From Desulfatiglandales bacterium (GTDB taxonomy: Bacteria; Desulfobacterota; DSM-4660; Desulfatiglandales; Desulfatiglandaceae): 64,000 nt of DNA. The stretch is from positions 896,001-960,000 of the forward strand of contig OY762721.1 in assembly GCA_963666345.1 (NCBI GenBank). The letters run 5' to 3'. Shown here in pieces: positions 42,032 through 52,231 of the stretch (its first letter is position 1; each line of letters opens with the position of its first letter). The position numbers and the translations under genes were made by a program. Under the pieces are notes generated by a model, which did no database searches, was not told where the DNA came from, and saw only the letters and a list, made by a program, of their open reading frames with translations.

Positions 42032-43573
42032 CTAACTCAACGCTTGTCCATTTTTTTTGACAATCTCCGGTAGCTTGAGGCGTTGAATCTTTCCCGAAGG
42101 GCCTTTGGGAAGTTCATCCATAATAACTATGAGCCTGGGTGTTTTGAAATCGCCCAGGTGCTTCTGACAATGAAGCCTTAGATCTTCCTCCGTAGTGCTT
42201 GAGCAGTCCGGCTTCAAAACAATGCAGGCCATTATCTCCTCGCCGTAGGCATCGTCCGGGATTCCCACGGCAGCCGCATCAAGCACGGAGGGATGCCTGT
42301 ACAGGGCATCATCTATCTCCCTTGGTGCTATGTTTTCACCTCCTTTTATTATGAGTTCCTTTATACGGCCCGTAACAAACACGAAACCGTCTTCATCCAT
42401 GTGACCTATATCTCCCGTGTGAAGCCATCCATCAGGCTCAAGGGCCTCTCTGGTCTTATCGGGAGACTTGTAATACCCCTTCATGACGTTGTCGCCTTTG
42501 ATCATAATCTCGCCGGGCGTATTTCTGGGGACCTCTTTACCTTCCTTGTTTACGATCTTGGCTATATTTCCCACTGCCTGACCGGGGGAGCCATATTTCA
42601 TTTTCGCCGGATCAAGGGGGTTTGAAAACACCGGGGCCGCCGTTTCCGTAAGCCCCATGGTTTCAACAATGGAGACGTTGAATTTTTTTTCGAACTCCTT
42701 ATGAAGCGAAGGTGGCAGCGCCGAGGAGGCGGAGCGCCCAAAACGAAGCTGAGCCAGGTTGTAGCCCTTTCCCTCTACCTCGGTGCCGCTCGTCAGATAC
42801 GAAATAATGGTAGGCACTACACTGAACCAGGTACATCGGTACTCTGAAATAAGTTCCCAGAAATTTGACGCACTGAACCTATGAGGCATAACAACGCTTC
42901 CCCCGCTTACAAGCGGAGTTACGGCCGTTACAACCTCGCCGTTGATATGATAGAGGGGAAGTGAGCAAAGCGCCCTGTCTGCAGGTGTAATCTCGTGGGC
43001 CATTGCCGTGTACTGACCCCCGGCAACCATATTTTTATGAGAAAGGATGACGCCCTTGGGAACACCGGTTGTGCCGGATGTGTATAGCATAAGCGCGTCA
43101 TCGTCTTCGCTAATCTCAGGTAATGTAAATGAAGAGAGGTCATCTCCCTCAGGGAAAATGACCTCTGAATCGTTGTCTATCTGAATCGTTTTTATATCAC
43201 GATTCACTTTCTTCAATGATGCCTCAAGCCTTTCTCTCTGATCTTCGGTGAAAAAGACCAGCCTCGTATCGGAGTGATCCAATACATATTCCAGCTGCGA
43301 AGGCTGGGCCAGAAGGTTTAGAGGCGCAATGACAAAACCTGAGTACATGGCGCCCAAAAATATCTTTGCAGTCTGATATCCGTTGGATAACATGAAAGAT
43401 ACCTTGTCGCCCTTTTCAAGGCCCAGCTTCATGAGCTGTTTACCTAAGGTTGCCGAATCTTTCTTCAACCGCCCGTATGTCAATTCCAGGCCAGGTTCAG
43501 GGGCGATCATAAAAATTTTATCAGGTTCCGCTTCAGCTCTATGGTCGATATAGTATCTTATGGTACGCATCAC
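42032..43573 (-). CDS. AMP-forming acid--CoA ligase, sulfoacetate-CoA ligase (SauT)/oxalate-CoA ligase-like
   Basis: YTSGTTGVPKG, PLYHING, ETMGLTE, PKGPSGKIQR; segment GYQTAKIFLGAMYSG..PLNLLAQPSQLEYVLDHSD resembles SauT as I recall it. Confidence 0.85.
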   Translation of the reverse strand: MMRTIRYYIDHRAEAEPDKIFMIAPEPGLELTYGRLKKDSATLGKQLMKLGLEKGDKVSFMLSNGYQTAKIFLGAMYSGFVIAPLNLLAQPSQLEYVLDHSDTRLVFFTEDQRERLEASLKKVNRDIKTIQIDNDSEVIFPEGDDLSSFTLPEISEDDDALMLYTSGTTGVPKGVILSHKNMVAGGQYTAMAHEITPADRALCSLPLYHINGEVVTAVTPLVSGGSVVMPHRFSASNFWELISEYRCTWFSVVPTIISYLTSGTEVEGKGYNLAQLRFGRSASSALPPSLHKEFEKKFNVSIVETMGLTETAAPVFSNPLDPAKMKYGSPGQAVGNIAKIVNKEGKEVPRNTPGEIMIKGDNVMKGYYKSPDKTREALEPDGWLHTGDIGHMDEDGFVFVTGRIKELIIKGGENIAPREIDDALYRHPSVLDAAAVGIPDDAYGEEIMACIVLKPDCSSTTEEDLRLHCQKHLGDFKTPRLIVIMDELPKGPSGKIQRLKLPEIVKKNGQALS

Positions 43574-43610
43574 GGTCGCTCCCCCTCAATTATTTAAAGT
43601 TAGCAACTAA

Positions 43611-44147
43611 TTACGTGGCCTTATAACTAAACCCCACCTCGAATGCCTCTCTGTTTCTGTTGTGAAATTTGGGAATGATGGCAAGGGTGCTCTCAAGAAC
43701 CTTGTCCTTTTCAAGCCCTTCCACCAGGTTCGCCATAAAGCCTAAAACTATGGTATTGGCAAAAAGTGCATTGTCGAATTTTTCCATAGACAACTCCTTT
43801 GCCGGAAATGAAATCTGTTTGCATTTCAGGCCTTCATCCACCTCATCCACAAAGGCGGGGTCATATATGATTACCCCTTCGTCAGGAACCGTATCCTTGA
43901 AACGTTTGTAGGCCGCGCTTGAAAGGGCGATAAAAAAGTCAGGAGCTTCACACATGGGACTGTCTATGATCTTTTCGGAAAGCACCACCTGACTCCTGAC
44001 ATAGCCTCCGCGCATTTCCGTTCCATGACTCTTGAGCATGGCCACATGGAGGCCCTGCTTCACTCCTGTCTCACCTATGATCTGGCCGAGCCTCACCACA
44101 CCCTGGCCGCCAAACCCGCTAGCAACGATTTCGACTCGATCTTTCAT
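43611..44147 (-). CDS. 2-oxoacid:acceptor oxidoreductase gamma subunit
   Basis: SGFGGQG, GTEMRGG, NTIVLG. Confidence 0.92.
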   Translation of the reverse strand: MKDRVEIVASGFGGQGVVRLGQIIGETGVKQGLHVAMLKSHGTEMRGGYVRSQVVLSEKIIDSPMCEAPDFFIALSSAAYKRFKDTVPDEGVIIYDPAFVDEVDEGLKCKQISFPAKELSMEKFDNALFANTIVLGFMANLVEGLEKDKVLESTLAIIPKFHNRNREAFEVGFSYKAT

Positions 44148-44998
44148 AATCTTCCCGTCCTCCTAATTTTCTCGACTGTGTCATGGACAAATTCATGGAA
44201 TTCAGGCCTTGAGTTGCTCTTATCATGCCAGATACCGCAGGCCCAGAAGGTATTCTCCTTTTCCTGGCCGAGAGGTGCGGCATGATCCTTGATCCAACGA
44301 TAGATATTCACCTGATTCCTGGAACCCAACTCCCTTGAGGCAAAGTTTGTAGGACAGGGATACGGCATATGCACAAGGGAAAACCCCTTGTTCTCGATTG
44401 CCTTTTTGACCGTCTCAACGGCCCATGCGCCGTCCATAGCCACATGACGTGCGAGAAAGGTTGCACCCGCCCCCTTGAGTATCTCCAGCACATCCATCCC
44501 CTCACTCATCAGATTGTGCTCAAACATCCCATAGGGGCTGCTGTCGGTATGGCTCCCCTGAGGCGTGGTCCATCCGTACTGGCCGCCGGTGGACTGATAG
44601 CCCAGATTATCATTGACTATAACGGTCATGTCGGCGTTCGATCTGGCAGCGTGAATCAGATGCATCAGCCCTATTCCAAAGGCATCTCCATCCCCGACCG
44701 TAAGTATTATCTTCTTTTCAGGCGGCAGCGCTATCCGCAACCCCCTTGCTATTGCGTAGGCCCTGCCGTGAGTTCCGGCAAAACCGTCTCCCAGCCATGT
44801 AGCAAAAGTTTGGCGCCCTGCGCATCCTATTGAGGTACCCCAAATCACGTCAGCCACTTCCAGCCCCAGCTCATTTACGGCGGTTACGACTATCTTGTGG
44901 TTCATACCTAATCCACAACCGGAACAGGCGGTACTGGGGATCTTTCTGGTACGCAGATATTTTGATATTAACTCTGATGATCTATATTCCATTACCAT
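44144..44998 (-). CDS. 2-oxoacid:acceptor oxidoreductase beta subunit (TPP-binding)
   Basis: CSGCG, SIGC, GDGD...NDN TPP motif, TGGQ, PCPT. Confidence 0.92.
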   Translation of the reverse strand: MVMEYRSSELISKYLRTRKIPSTACSGCGLGMNHKIVVTAVNELGLEVADVIWGTSIGCAGRQTFATWLGDGFAGTHGRAYAIARGLRIALPPEKKIILTVGDGDAFGIGLMHLIHAARSNADMTVIVNDNLGYQSTGGQYGWTTPQGSHTDSSPYGMFEHNLMSEGMDVLEILKGAGATFLARHVAMDGAWAVETVKKAIENKGFSLVHMPYPCPTNFASRELGSRNQVNIYRWIKDHAAPLGQEKENTFWACGIWHDKSNSRPEFHEFVHDTVEKIRRTGRL

Positions 44999-46167
44999 GC
45001 CTCCAATACCCAGCCCTTGCGTGTAAGGGGTTCGTTTTTAAGTATCTTTTCATATGTCTCAATGAGATCAGGGGTAGTCGGTAAATCCCCGCAGGTACCA
45101 AGGAATCTTATTTCCGAATCCTTGGGAGCCGCTCTCTGGACCTCACGCACCAGCTCACCGTCCCAGTTGAGCTCCACGGACAGATATTTGGCCTTCCTGG
45201 AAAAAAGCTCGTCCGGGAACGGCCAGATATTGATAAGACGGAGCGAACCCACTTTGAGTCCTTGCGACCTGGCCTTTTCCACGGAGGTATTTACAACCCT
45301 TGAAGGACTGCCGTAAGAAACAACAACCAGATCGGGATCATCATCCATAAATTTTTTCTCATAGTGGTGGTTGAATAGGTCCCTGTTGTTCCTGACCTTG
45401 TAGATGAGCCTGTAGGCATGCTTGTGGTGTGCATCCACCTCCTCGATATCATATCCTTCTACCGTCGGAGTCCAGTCCGAGCAGATCGCTCCCGTGTTGT
45501 GCCCCAACACGACAGGCGGGATATCCAGTTCATCGGTAAAGGGATAGAATTCCGGCCCCTGACAGACCTTTCTGGGCCAGATCCTGAATCCCATCTCGTT
45601 CATTTCATCTTCTGTCTCAGGCACACTTATATCCTCGAAACCGTCTGTTATAAGCTGGTCGGCAAGCACCATCACCGGCATACGGAATCTCTCTGAGAGA
45701 TAAAATGCCTCAACCACCATCTTCATGCATTCCTGCGCGCTGTTCGGTGCAAGACATATGGTCTCGAAATTCCCGCCCTGCGTGGGATACCTCATAAGAT
45801 AAAATTCACCCTGGCCGGGTGCTCCGGTAATACCGCTCACAGGACCGACACGCCCCGAATTAAGCACGACCAGAGGTGTCTCACATCCTAAGGCCCAGCC
45901 GAGCGGGTCCGCGTAAAGGATATAGCCTGGTCCTGAAGTTGCGGTCATGGCCTTGTAACCTCCCAGTGAGGCCCCCACGCACATATGGCAGGCCGCGCAC
46001 TCATCCTCGGCCTGCAGATATACGCCTCCCACCTGGGGCAACCTTAGACTCATAGCCTCGGCAAGCTCCGTTGCAGGCGTAATAGGATAACCTGAAAAGA
46101 ACCTGCACCCTGCTATGATGGCCCCCTCGGTTATTGCAAAATTTCCTGTTTCAAGATACCTTTTCAT
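44992..46167 (-). CDS. 2-oxoacid:acceptor oxidoreductase alpha subunit
   Basis: GYPITPATE, QAEDE, TATSGPG. Confidence 0.93.
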   Translation of the reverse strand: MKRYLETGNFAITEGAIIAGCRFFSGYPITPATELAEAMSLRLPQVGGVYLQAEDECAACHMCVGASLGGYKAMTATSGPGYILYADPLGWALGCETPLVVLNSGRVGPVSGITGAPGQGEFYLMRYPTQGGNFETICLAPNSAQECMKMVVEAFYLSERFRMPVMVLADQLITDGFEDISVPETEDEMNEMGFRIWPRKVCQGPEFYPFTDELDIPPVVLGHNTGAICSDWTPTVEGYDIEEVDAHHKHAYRLIYKVRNNRDLFNHHYEKKFMDDDPDLVVVSYGSPSRVVNTSVEKARSQGLKVGSLRLINIWPFPDELFSRKAKYLSVELNWDGELVREVQRAAPKDSEIRFLGTCGDLPTTPDLIETYEKILKNEPLTRKGWVLEAW

Positions 46168-46186
46168 ATCAGAAACCTCCTCTGTT

Positions 46187-47836
46187 TCATGCGGTTACAT
46201 CGATAACGTCAATGGCGAAATCAGGGCAGGAGAAATAACATTTAAAGCACCCGACACACCAGTCTGAGGACTTGACCTCGTTCGGCCTGTAGCCTTTTGC
46301 GTTAAAAAAGTCGGCAGGGCCGAAGGTCTCAACTCCGCAGACCTCGGAACAGTAACCGCATTCCTTGCAGTATTCGGTGTTGAGCACAACCTGGAATTTT
46401 CTGGCATCACAATTGAGGCATCTGCCCGCCTCTGCTTCTATCTGTTCATCTGTAAAACCACATTCGACCTGATCAAAACCGGAAGTACGCTCCCATGGTC
46501 TGAGAAGCTTCATCTCGTTTCTGGGCCTTATATCCAGGACGAATTCCTCGAGCATCACCTTGTCTTCCGGGGCGGCAAGGATTTCGGCAATTTCACCATC
46601 ACCGCCAAGGTAGCTGTCGATGGCGGAGGCCGCCTTTCTGCCGTGAGCTATGGCGTTTATTATGGAATCCGGCCCTGTAACGACATCGCCGCCGGCAAAC
46701 ACGCCCTTTTCACCTGTAGAGAGATCCTGCTCATTTGCCTTGACCCTGTTTCCGCTTGTATCGACCTGTTTTTCCCCTTTCAGGTATGTCAGGTCGGAAA
46801 CCTGACCGACAGCCAGTATGACATTCCCGGCATCCACCTTTTCAGAGATCTCTTCATCGTAGGTCGGATTAAAGTTACATGCATTGTCGAATACGGATGT
46901 GCATTTTATCAGACCTAAGCCTGTGACTTCGTCATCACCCAGTATCTTTTTGGGGGCCCATGAATTGTTGATACTAACCCCTTCTTCTTCTGCACGCGCT
47001 ATTTCCCACTCATGAGCGGGCATCTCTTCCCGTGACTCCAGACAGAACAGGTACACGTTTTTCGCACCAAGCCTCTTTGCCGTCAGAGCCACGTCGATGG
47101 CCACGTTACCGCCGCCTACTACAACCACATCCCCCTCAAAGGAAATATCTTTTTCAAGCCCTATGTCAGAGAGGAAATCCCATCCCCATAGGACCCCTTT
47201 TTTGTCGGAGCCCTCAAGAGGTATTTTTATGCTGCCGCTGGCACCGCTCGCCAGGAATGTGGCGTCATATTCCTTTTTGAGCTGCTCCATACCGACATCC
47301 TTACCCACTGTAGTGTTTCCCTTGAAAGCCACTCCGAGCTCGAATATGTCGTTGATATCCTTGTCCAGTCTTTCCTCAGGCAGCCTGTAATTGGGGATAC
47401 CGTAACGCATGGCCCCACCCGGTTTGGGAAACGAATCAAATATCGTAACTTCATGCCCCTTGGTCGCAAGGTAATATGCGGATGTAAGACCGGCCGGGCC
47501 GGACCCGACAACAGCAACTTTTTTCCCCGTTTTTTCAGCAATCTTTTTATTTTTCTTCCAGCCGTCCCCTCCTTTGTCAACAGCCGCCCTCTTTATCGCG
47601 CGAATAGCTATCGAGTCTCCGAACTGTTTGTAAGCACACACCTCTTCGCAGGGAGCAAAACAGGCATCGGCACAAACAGTTGGGAGAGGGAGCTTTTCGC
47701 GCAGCACAGCCACTGCGTCATCATACCGTTTGTCTTTAACAGCACGGATGTACCTTGGCACGTCCACGCCTGCGGGACATGCTTCTGTACAACGTGGAAC
47801 GATAAATTTTTTTCTTTCAACATGTACTACGCCCAT
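46187..47836 (-). CDS. GltD-like FAD/NAD(P)H Fe-S oxidoreductase fused to a 2x[4Fe-4S] OFOR delta-type domain
   Basis: CTEACP, CADACFAPCEEVC, GSGPAG, GGGNVA, AGGD, EAGRCLNC, then CKECGYCSEVC and CVGCFKCYFSCPDFAI. Confidence 0.9.
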   Translation of the reverse strand: MGVVHVERKKFIVPRCTEACPAGVDVPRYIRAVKDKRYDDAVAVLREKLPLPTVCADACFAPCEEVCAYKQFGDSIAIRAIKRAAVDKGGDGWKKNKKIAEKTGKKVAVVGSGPAGLTSAYYLATKGHEVTIFDSFPKPGGAMRYGIPNYRLPEERLDKDINDIFELGVAFKGNTTVGKDVGMEQLKKEYDATFLASGASGSIKIPLEGSDKKGVLWGWDFLSDIGLEKDISFEGDVVVVGGGNVAIDVALTAKRLGAKNVYLFCLESREEMPAHEWEIARAEEEGVSINNSWAPKKILGDDEVTGLGLIKCTSVFDNACNFNPTYDEEISEKVDAGNVILAVGQVSDLTYLKGEKQVDTSGNRVKANEQDLSTGEKGVFAGGDVVTGPDSIINAIAHGRKAASAIDSYLGGDGEIAEILAAPEDKVMLEEFVLDIRPRNEMKLLRPWERTSGFDQVECGFTDEQIEAEAGRCLNCDARKFQVVLNTEYCKECGYCSEVCGVETFGPADFFNAKGYRPNEVKSSDWCVGCFKCYFSCPDFAIDVIDVTA

Positions 47837-47921
47837 AATTTAATAATCCTCCTCATATTATTAGACAAACAGAACTCCCACACCTTACTGTCTACAAATT
47901 TCGAGATCCCGATTAAAAAAG

Positions 47922-47937
47922 AGCAAGAAAGATGCCA
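47922..47937 (-). promoter_or_regulatory. Sigma-54 (-24/-12) promoter
   Basis: Minus strand TGGCAT-CTTTC-TTGCT, ~85 bp upstream of the operon and next to an enhancer-binding protein gene. Confidence 0.85.
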
Positions 47938-48086
47938 CAAAATTAAACAGCAATAAATAAAGCCTGCGGAAGCCACTATATGCTTAATATTACTATAAAA
48001 AGAAAATTGAAAAATTATTAGCCGGAAACATCTACGATATTTGTTTATCAAGTTTGGCCCATGACGGGTGTGCTGCCTGCCTTACA

Positions 48087-48104
48087 TGTCCGATATTGCG
48101 GACA
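48087..48104. promoter_or_regulatory. Putative upstream activator sequence
   Basis: Perfect TGTCCG-N6-CGGACA ~150 bp above the sigma-54 promoter; related TTTCCG-N6-CGGACA at 48432-48449. Confidence 0.6.
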
Positions 48105-48534
48105 CCTTTTTATCCATTGCAATAATTTATTTCAGGAAGAGAAGGGGTAAATAGAGATATGACCGATATAAACCAAGGGAAAGAGAAAAGGCAGATTCAG
48201 AGGCTTCCTGTAAAAATGTTCGGAACCGGGTCAGAAAACCATGTTGTTTATTGTAAAGTATCTTGACACAAAGTCAAATTCTCCGACATGAAAATGGGTC
48301 CGCATTGGAGCGCTTTACTACTTCCTCATAAAGGAACCAAGCATATAGGATCATCTTTTTTATAATAAAACCAACGTCTTTTCAAAGTTGGTCTCTATTC
48401 ATTACAACAAATTTATTATCCTCAAAGACCGTTTCCGGAATTTCGGACACATTTTAAACCTTTCTTTGGTCACTCAATCCGATTTTTTCCAGATTAGAAG
48501 GAACTTTTCTAAGAATCCACATTTGGCCGATCCA

Positions 48535-49998
48535 TCACAGATTATGTTTTTTACATTTTTCGTAAAGAGTTGAACGGGACAGTCCAAGGACTCTGGCGGT
48601 CCTGGCCATATTGCCCCCGGAAAATTTTATCGCCTGGGAAAGCAGTTCCTTCTCATATCTGTCCATTTCCCTTGAAAAAGGCTTTATTTTTTCAGACCTG
48701 GGTCTTTCAAATGTTCCCTTAAAACAGATTAGTTCCGGGGGAAGGTGCTCCGGCCCGATAACCTTTCCCTCTGCCAGACTCACCGCCCTTAAGACAACGT
48801 TTTTAAGCTCTCTTATATTACCGGGCCATGGGTATGCCTGCATGATCTTAAGGGCGTCCTCACTGAACCTGATACCAGGTCTTTCAATGGAGGAGAGGAA
48901 ATGCTCCACCAATTCAGGGATATCATCAGGTCTCTCGGAAAGAGAGGGTATCACGACACTCATGGTGTTCAACCGGTAGAACAGATCGTCCCTGAATTCT
49001 TTTCTGCTTATCATCTCCCTTAAATCCCTGTTGGTCGCAGCCACCAGCCTGAAATCGACCTTAACGGTCTTAAGGCCTCCCAGCTTTTCGATCTTTTTTG
49101 TTTCAAGGACCCTGAGCAATTTGGCCTGGGCGCTCAAAGGCAGGTCCCCTATCTCATCAAGGAACAGGGTTCCCCCGTGGGAAAGCTCTATCTTTCCCGC
49201 CTTGCCCTTCGGTCTTGCACCGGTAAAGGCACCGGTTTCATAGCCGAACAGTTCCGATTCAAGGAGTTCTCTTGGAATGGCGGCGCAGTTTACACAGACA
49301 AAGCTTCCGTTTCTTCTCCAACTTGCCTTATGTATGGCATGAGCAAAAAGCTCCTTTCCGCTGCCGGTTGCCCCTAGAACAAGGACTGAGGCATCTGTCT
49401 TGGCATACTTGGCAGCCATCTTTTTCGCCTCAACAAGCAGCCTGGTATTGCCTAAAATTGATTCGAAGCTGTACGTTGCCGAAAGAAGGCTGTCAAGGCC
49501 TCGTTTGTAATATTTCAACTCTCTTTCCAGCAGATTAAGCCTCTCCATCAGCTCGTTTATTTCGGTATGGTTCTTGAAGATGGTCTGAAGTACGACCCCC
49601 ACTGTCTCGTCCCCGCTCTTTATCGGTATTCGGTTGACAAGCAAGGCCACATTTGATCTCAGACTGCAGCGCTGCCCGATTTCCATTTTACCGCTTTCAA
49701 GAACCGACGGTATCCTGGAGGAGGGAAAATATTTCTTTATGTGTCTTCCGACCGCCTCGTTTTTATCCGTCCCTAGCAACTCTCCATAAAACCTGTTCAT
49801 GTAGAGGATCCTGGAATCGCTGTCGCATAGGATTATCCCTGAATAGACATTTTCCATTATCAACTCAAGGACTGAAGCGAAATCCTTCATACTTCCGTTA
49901 AGGCCGCCAGCCTTAAGCTCTATGGCAGGCTGAAACTGGAGACTGGATCGGCAGAAATTGATATCTGAAGATGTCCTGGAATTATCGACTGATGACAT
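48535..49998 (-). CDS. PAS-domain sigma-54 enhancer-binding protein (Fis HTH)
   Basis: PAS region, [29 protein letters not shown]-terminal HTH; true start may be downstream (MKDF). Confidence 0.95.
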   Translation of the reverse strand: MSSVDNSRTSSDINFCRSSLQFQPAIELKAGGLNGSMKDFASVLELIMENVYSGIILCDSDSRILYMNRFYGELLGTDKNEAVGRHIKKYFPSSRIPSVLESGKMEIGQRCSLRSNVALLVNRIPIKSGDETVGVVLQTIFKNHTEINELMERLNLLERELKYYKRGLDSLLSATYSFESILGNTRLLVEAKKMAAKYAKTDASVLVLGATGSGKELFAHAIHKASWRRNGSFVCVNCAAIPRELLESELFGYETGAFTGARPKGKAGKIELSHGGTLFLDEIGDLPLSAQAKLLRVLETKKIEKLGGLKTVKVDFRLVAATNRDLREMISRKEFRDDLFYRLNTMSVVIPSLSERPDDIPELVEHFLSSIERPGIRFSEDALKIMQAYPWPGNIRELKNVVLRAVSLAEGKVIGPEHLPPELICFKGTFERPRSEKIKPFSREMDRYEKELLSQAIKFSGGNMARTARVLGLSRSTLYEKCKKHNL

Positions 49999-50619
49999 AA
50001 GCTTGATATTCCCTCCTATTTTGAATCACCAGGGTAGGGGTTCAAAATATCTGAAACAGGGGCGGAAAATTCTCAATCGTAAAAGGGCAAGGATATCCTT
50101 CTTACCTATTTAAACATTAGTAAAATGCAATCACAGGTGTCAATTTAAAACAGGCGGGGCTTTATGGCCCGGGTATTCACCAACAGCCCTGTTTATCATC
50201 GTACAGGCGCAGGTACAGGGGCTTTTTCTTTGCTCCGCTACGCTACGCCCAGTCCCACTAATGCTCAGCGGGTTCCCGGTTTCTGCAGACATTGTCTCAC
50301 AAAAAAAAGCCGCTGGAAATTCCAGGGGACGGAGCGTACAGGCTGCAACGGCCGGGTGAATGCCTCATTGAGTTCACCCGCGGGCAAAGGCGAACAAATC
50401 CTTGAATGGGTTATTTTAAATCAACGACAGCAAAATTTACTTGACATAAGAATACTTATAGATTTATTTATCAGATATCAATTACCAAAAAAATTACAAT
50501 TCGTAAATCAACCAGCTGATATTTCTGGTTTTTTTATTGCCCCAGCTTATATCATTGGAGATATAAGAACACCATAGCTGGGTCCGATCCACCACGAATA
50601 TTATAATAGGAGGGATAAC

Positions 50620-51519
50620 ATGGTAGAAGCAAAAGCGATTGAAACGGGCAGCAATTGGGATATGGACTTTGATCTGTGCCTGGATGACGTGGCCCTTGCA
50701 AAAAAGGTCCTTGAAAGCGCCCAACAAAACGGAGGAAAAATCAGTGATGCAGGGATAGTCTTTGCATTGAGAAACATCCTCAAGATGAAATATTATCCTG
50801 TCGCGGTAAAGTATTTTTTTGACGAAAAAGAGCTTGAAGACTTTAAGAACAATACCGAATACAAGGTGTCCCTGCACCCTGTCACCTTCTGCGCCTATGT
50901 TGCGGCAAGCAGGCAGAGGGGGGACATCCTCCTTGGCACAGCCGATAAGCTAGGTTGCTCCAATGCCAAATTCGTCATGAAATGGAAGGAAATTGATGAC
51001 GGCGAGATAAAGAGCCATCTCAAATACACAAAGGACTGGGATCAGGCGGAAAGATTCGTAAAGACCAAAAAGAGACTTCCCAAGGAACCGCTGGCCTTTG
51101 CCACCGCACCCCTTCACAAGGCACCCTTCAAACCGGATCTGATCCACGGCATGTGCGATACCCTCCAGTCATATCATCTTGCAAACGACTGGGATGCCGC
51201 CTTCGACAACCATCCCTTTGAGATGACTATGACCATGAATTCCTCCATATGCCACGGCTGTGTCCAGTGTTTTGTTACGGAGAAATTCAATGTAACCCAG
51301 ATGTGCAGCAGCAGCTATACGGCGGGAAAAACCGAACAGGGCGAGATCAACTGGATTATGCCCTATGATCAGATGGAACCCACAGTCCACTGGATGCTCG
51401 AGCGCACCGTCCGTGACGGAGGGGTGTCCTTCCCCAGGACAGGTGAGACATATCCCGGCTTTGACATCTGCAAGCTGTGCCCCTTCCTGACATTTAAAAA
51501 ACCCAAAAAGGAAAAATAA
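50620..51519 (+). CDS. DUF169-family Cys-rich protein
   Basis: YPVAVKY, TFCAYV..SR, LGCSNA, PDL, SICHGC, GE pattern; GGAGG RBS. Confidence 0.75.
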   Translation: MVEAKAIETGSNWDMDFDLCLDDVALAKKVLESAQQNGGKISDAGIVFALRNILKMKYYPVAVKYFFDEKELEDFKNNTEYKVSLHPVTFCAYVAASRQRGDILLGTADKLGCSNAKFVMKWKEIDDGEIKSHLKYTKDWDQAERFVKTKKRLPKEPLAFATAPLHKAPFKPDLIHGMCDTLQSYHLANDWDAAFDNHPFEMTMTMNSSICHGCVQCFVTEKFNVTQMCSSSYTAGKTEQGEINWIMPYDQMEPTVHWMLERTVRDGGVSFPRTGETYPGFDICKLCPFLTFKKPKKEK

Positions 51520-51675
51520 GCGGAGCGAAATCTCCCCAAACTCATGAAGTCCCCAGGCTCAATATCTCCTGTTGACCTCCTCCCCTGGGGGCTTGAATTG
51601 AACATCCCCGGTATTTTTGCTTAACCGATTTTCTTCTCTTCTGTTCCATGAAAATTCTCACAGGAGACAAATCAG

Positions 51676-52155
51676 ATGAAAGCAACGATAAGGCTGATAG
51701 TAAACGGAGACACCTACTTTGTCGCGGTTGACCCCTCCCGTACGCTCAATGAGGTGCTCAGGGAGGAATTGAACCTTACCGGTACCAAGCTTGGTTGCGG
51801 TTCAGGAGACTGCGGTGCATGCTCGGTCATTGCAGATGGGAAAATAATCAGTTCCTGCCTTACCCTTGCAATAGAGATGGATGGAGTGGAAATAACCACT
51901 GTGGAAGGAATCGCGTCATCAGGTGAGCACCTGCATCCTATCCAAAGGGCCTTTATTGAAAAAGGCGCCATTCAATGCGGGTTCTGCACGCCCGGCATGG
52001 AGCTGTCCGCATTATATCTTTTAAACAGCAACCCTGAACCATCGGAGGATGAAATAAGGGCCGGACTTTCCGGAAATCTTTGCAGATGCACCGGTTATTC
52101 CAAAATCGTGGAGGCCATTTCAGCCGCTGCCGACAAGATGAAAAACTCCGGCTAG
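51676..52155 (+). CDS. Xanthine-dehydrogenase-family 2x[2Fe-2S] subunit
   Basis: GCGSGDCGAC, QCGFCTPG, GNLCRCTGY. Confidence 0.95.
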   Translation: MKATIRLIVNGDTYFVAVDPSRTLNEVLREELNLTGTKLGCGSGDCGACSVIADGKIISSCLTLAIEMDGVEITTVEGIASSGEHLHPIQRAFIEKGAIQCGFCTPGMELSALYLLNSNPEPSEDEIRAGLSGNLCRCTGYSKIVEAISAAADKMKNSG

Positions 52156-52231
52156 ATCTCAGCCCCCTGTCTTTCGGCAAAGAGGTGTTTATCTAATTAC
52201 CATACAATATCTTTGACAAGGATTTCCAGTA

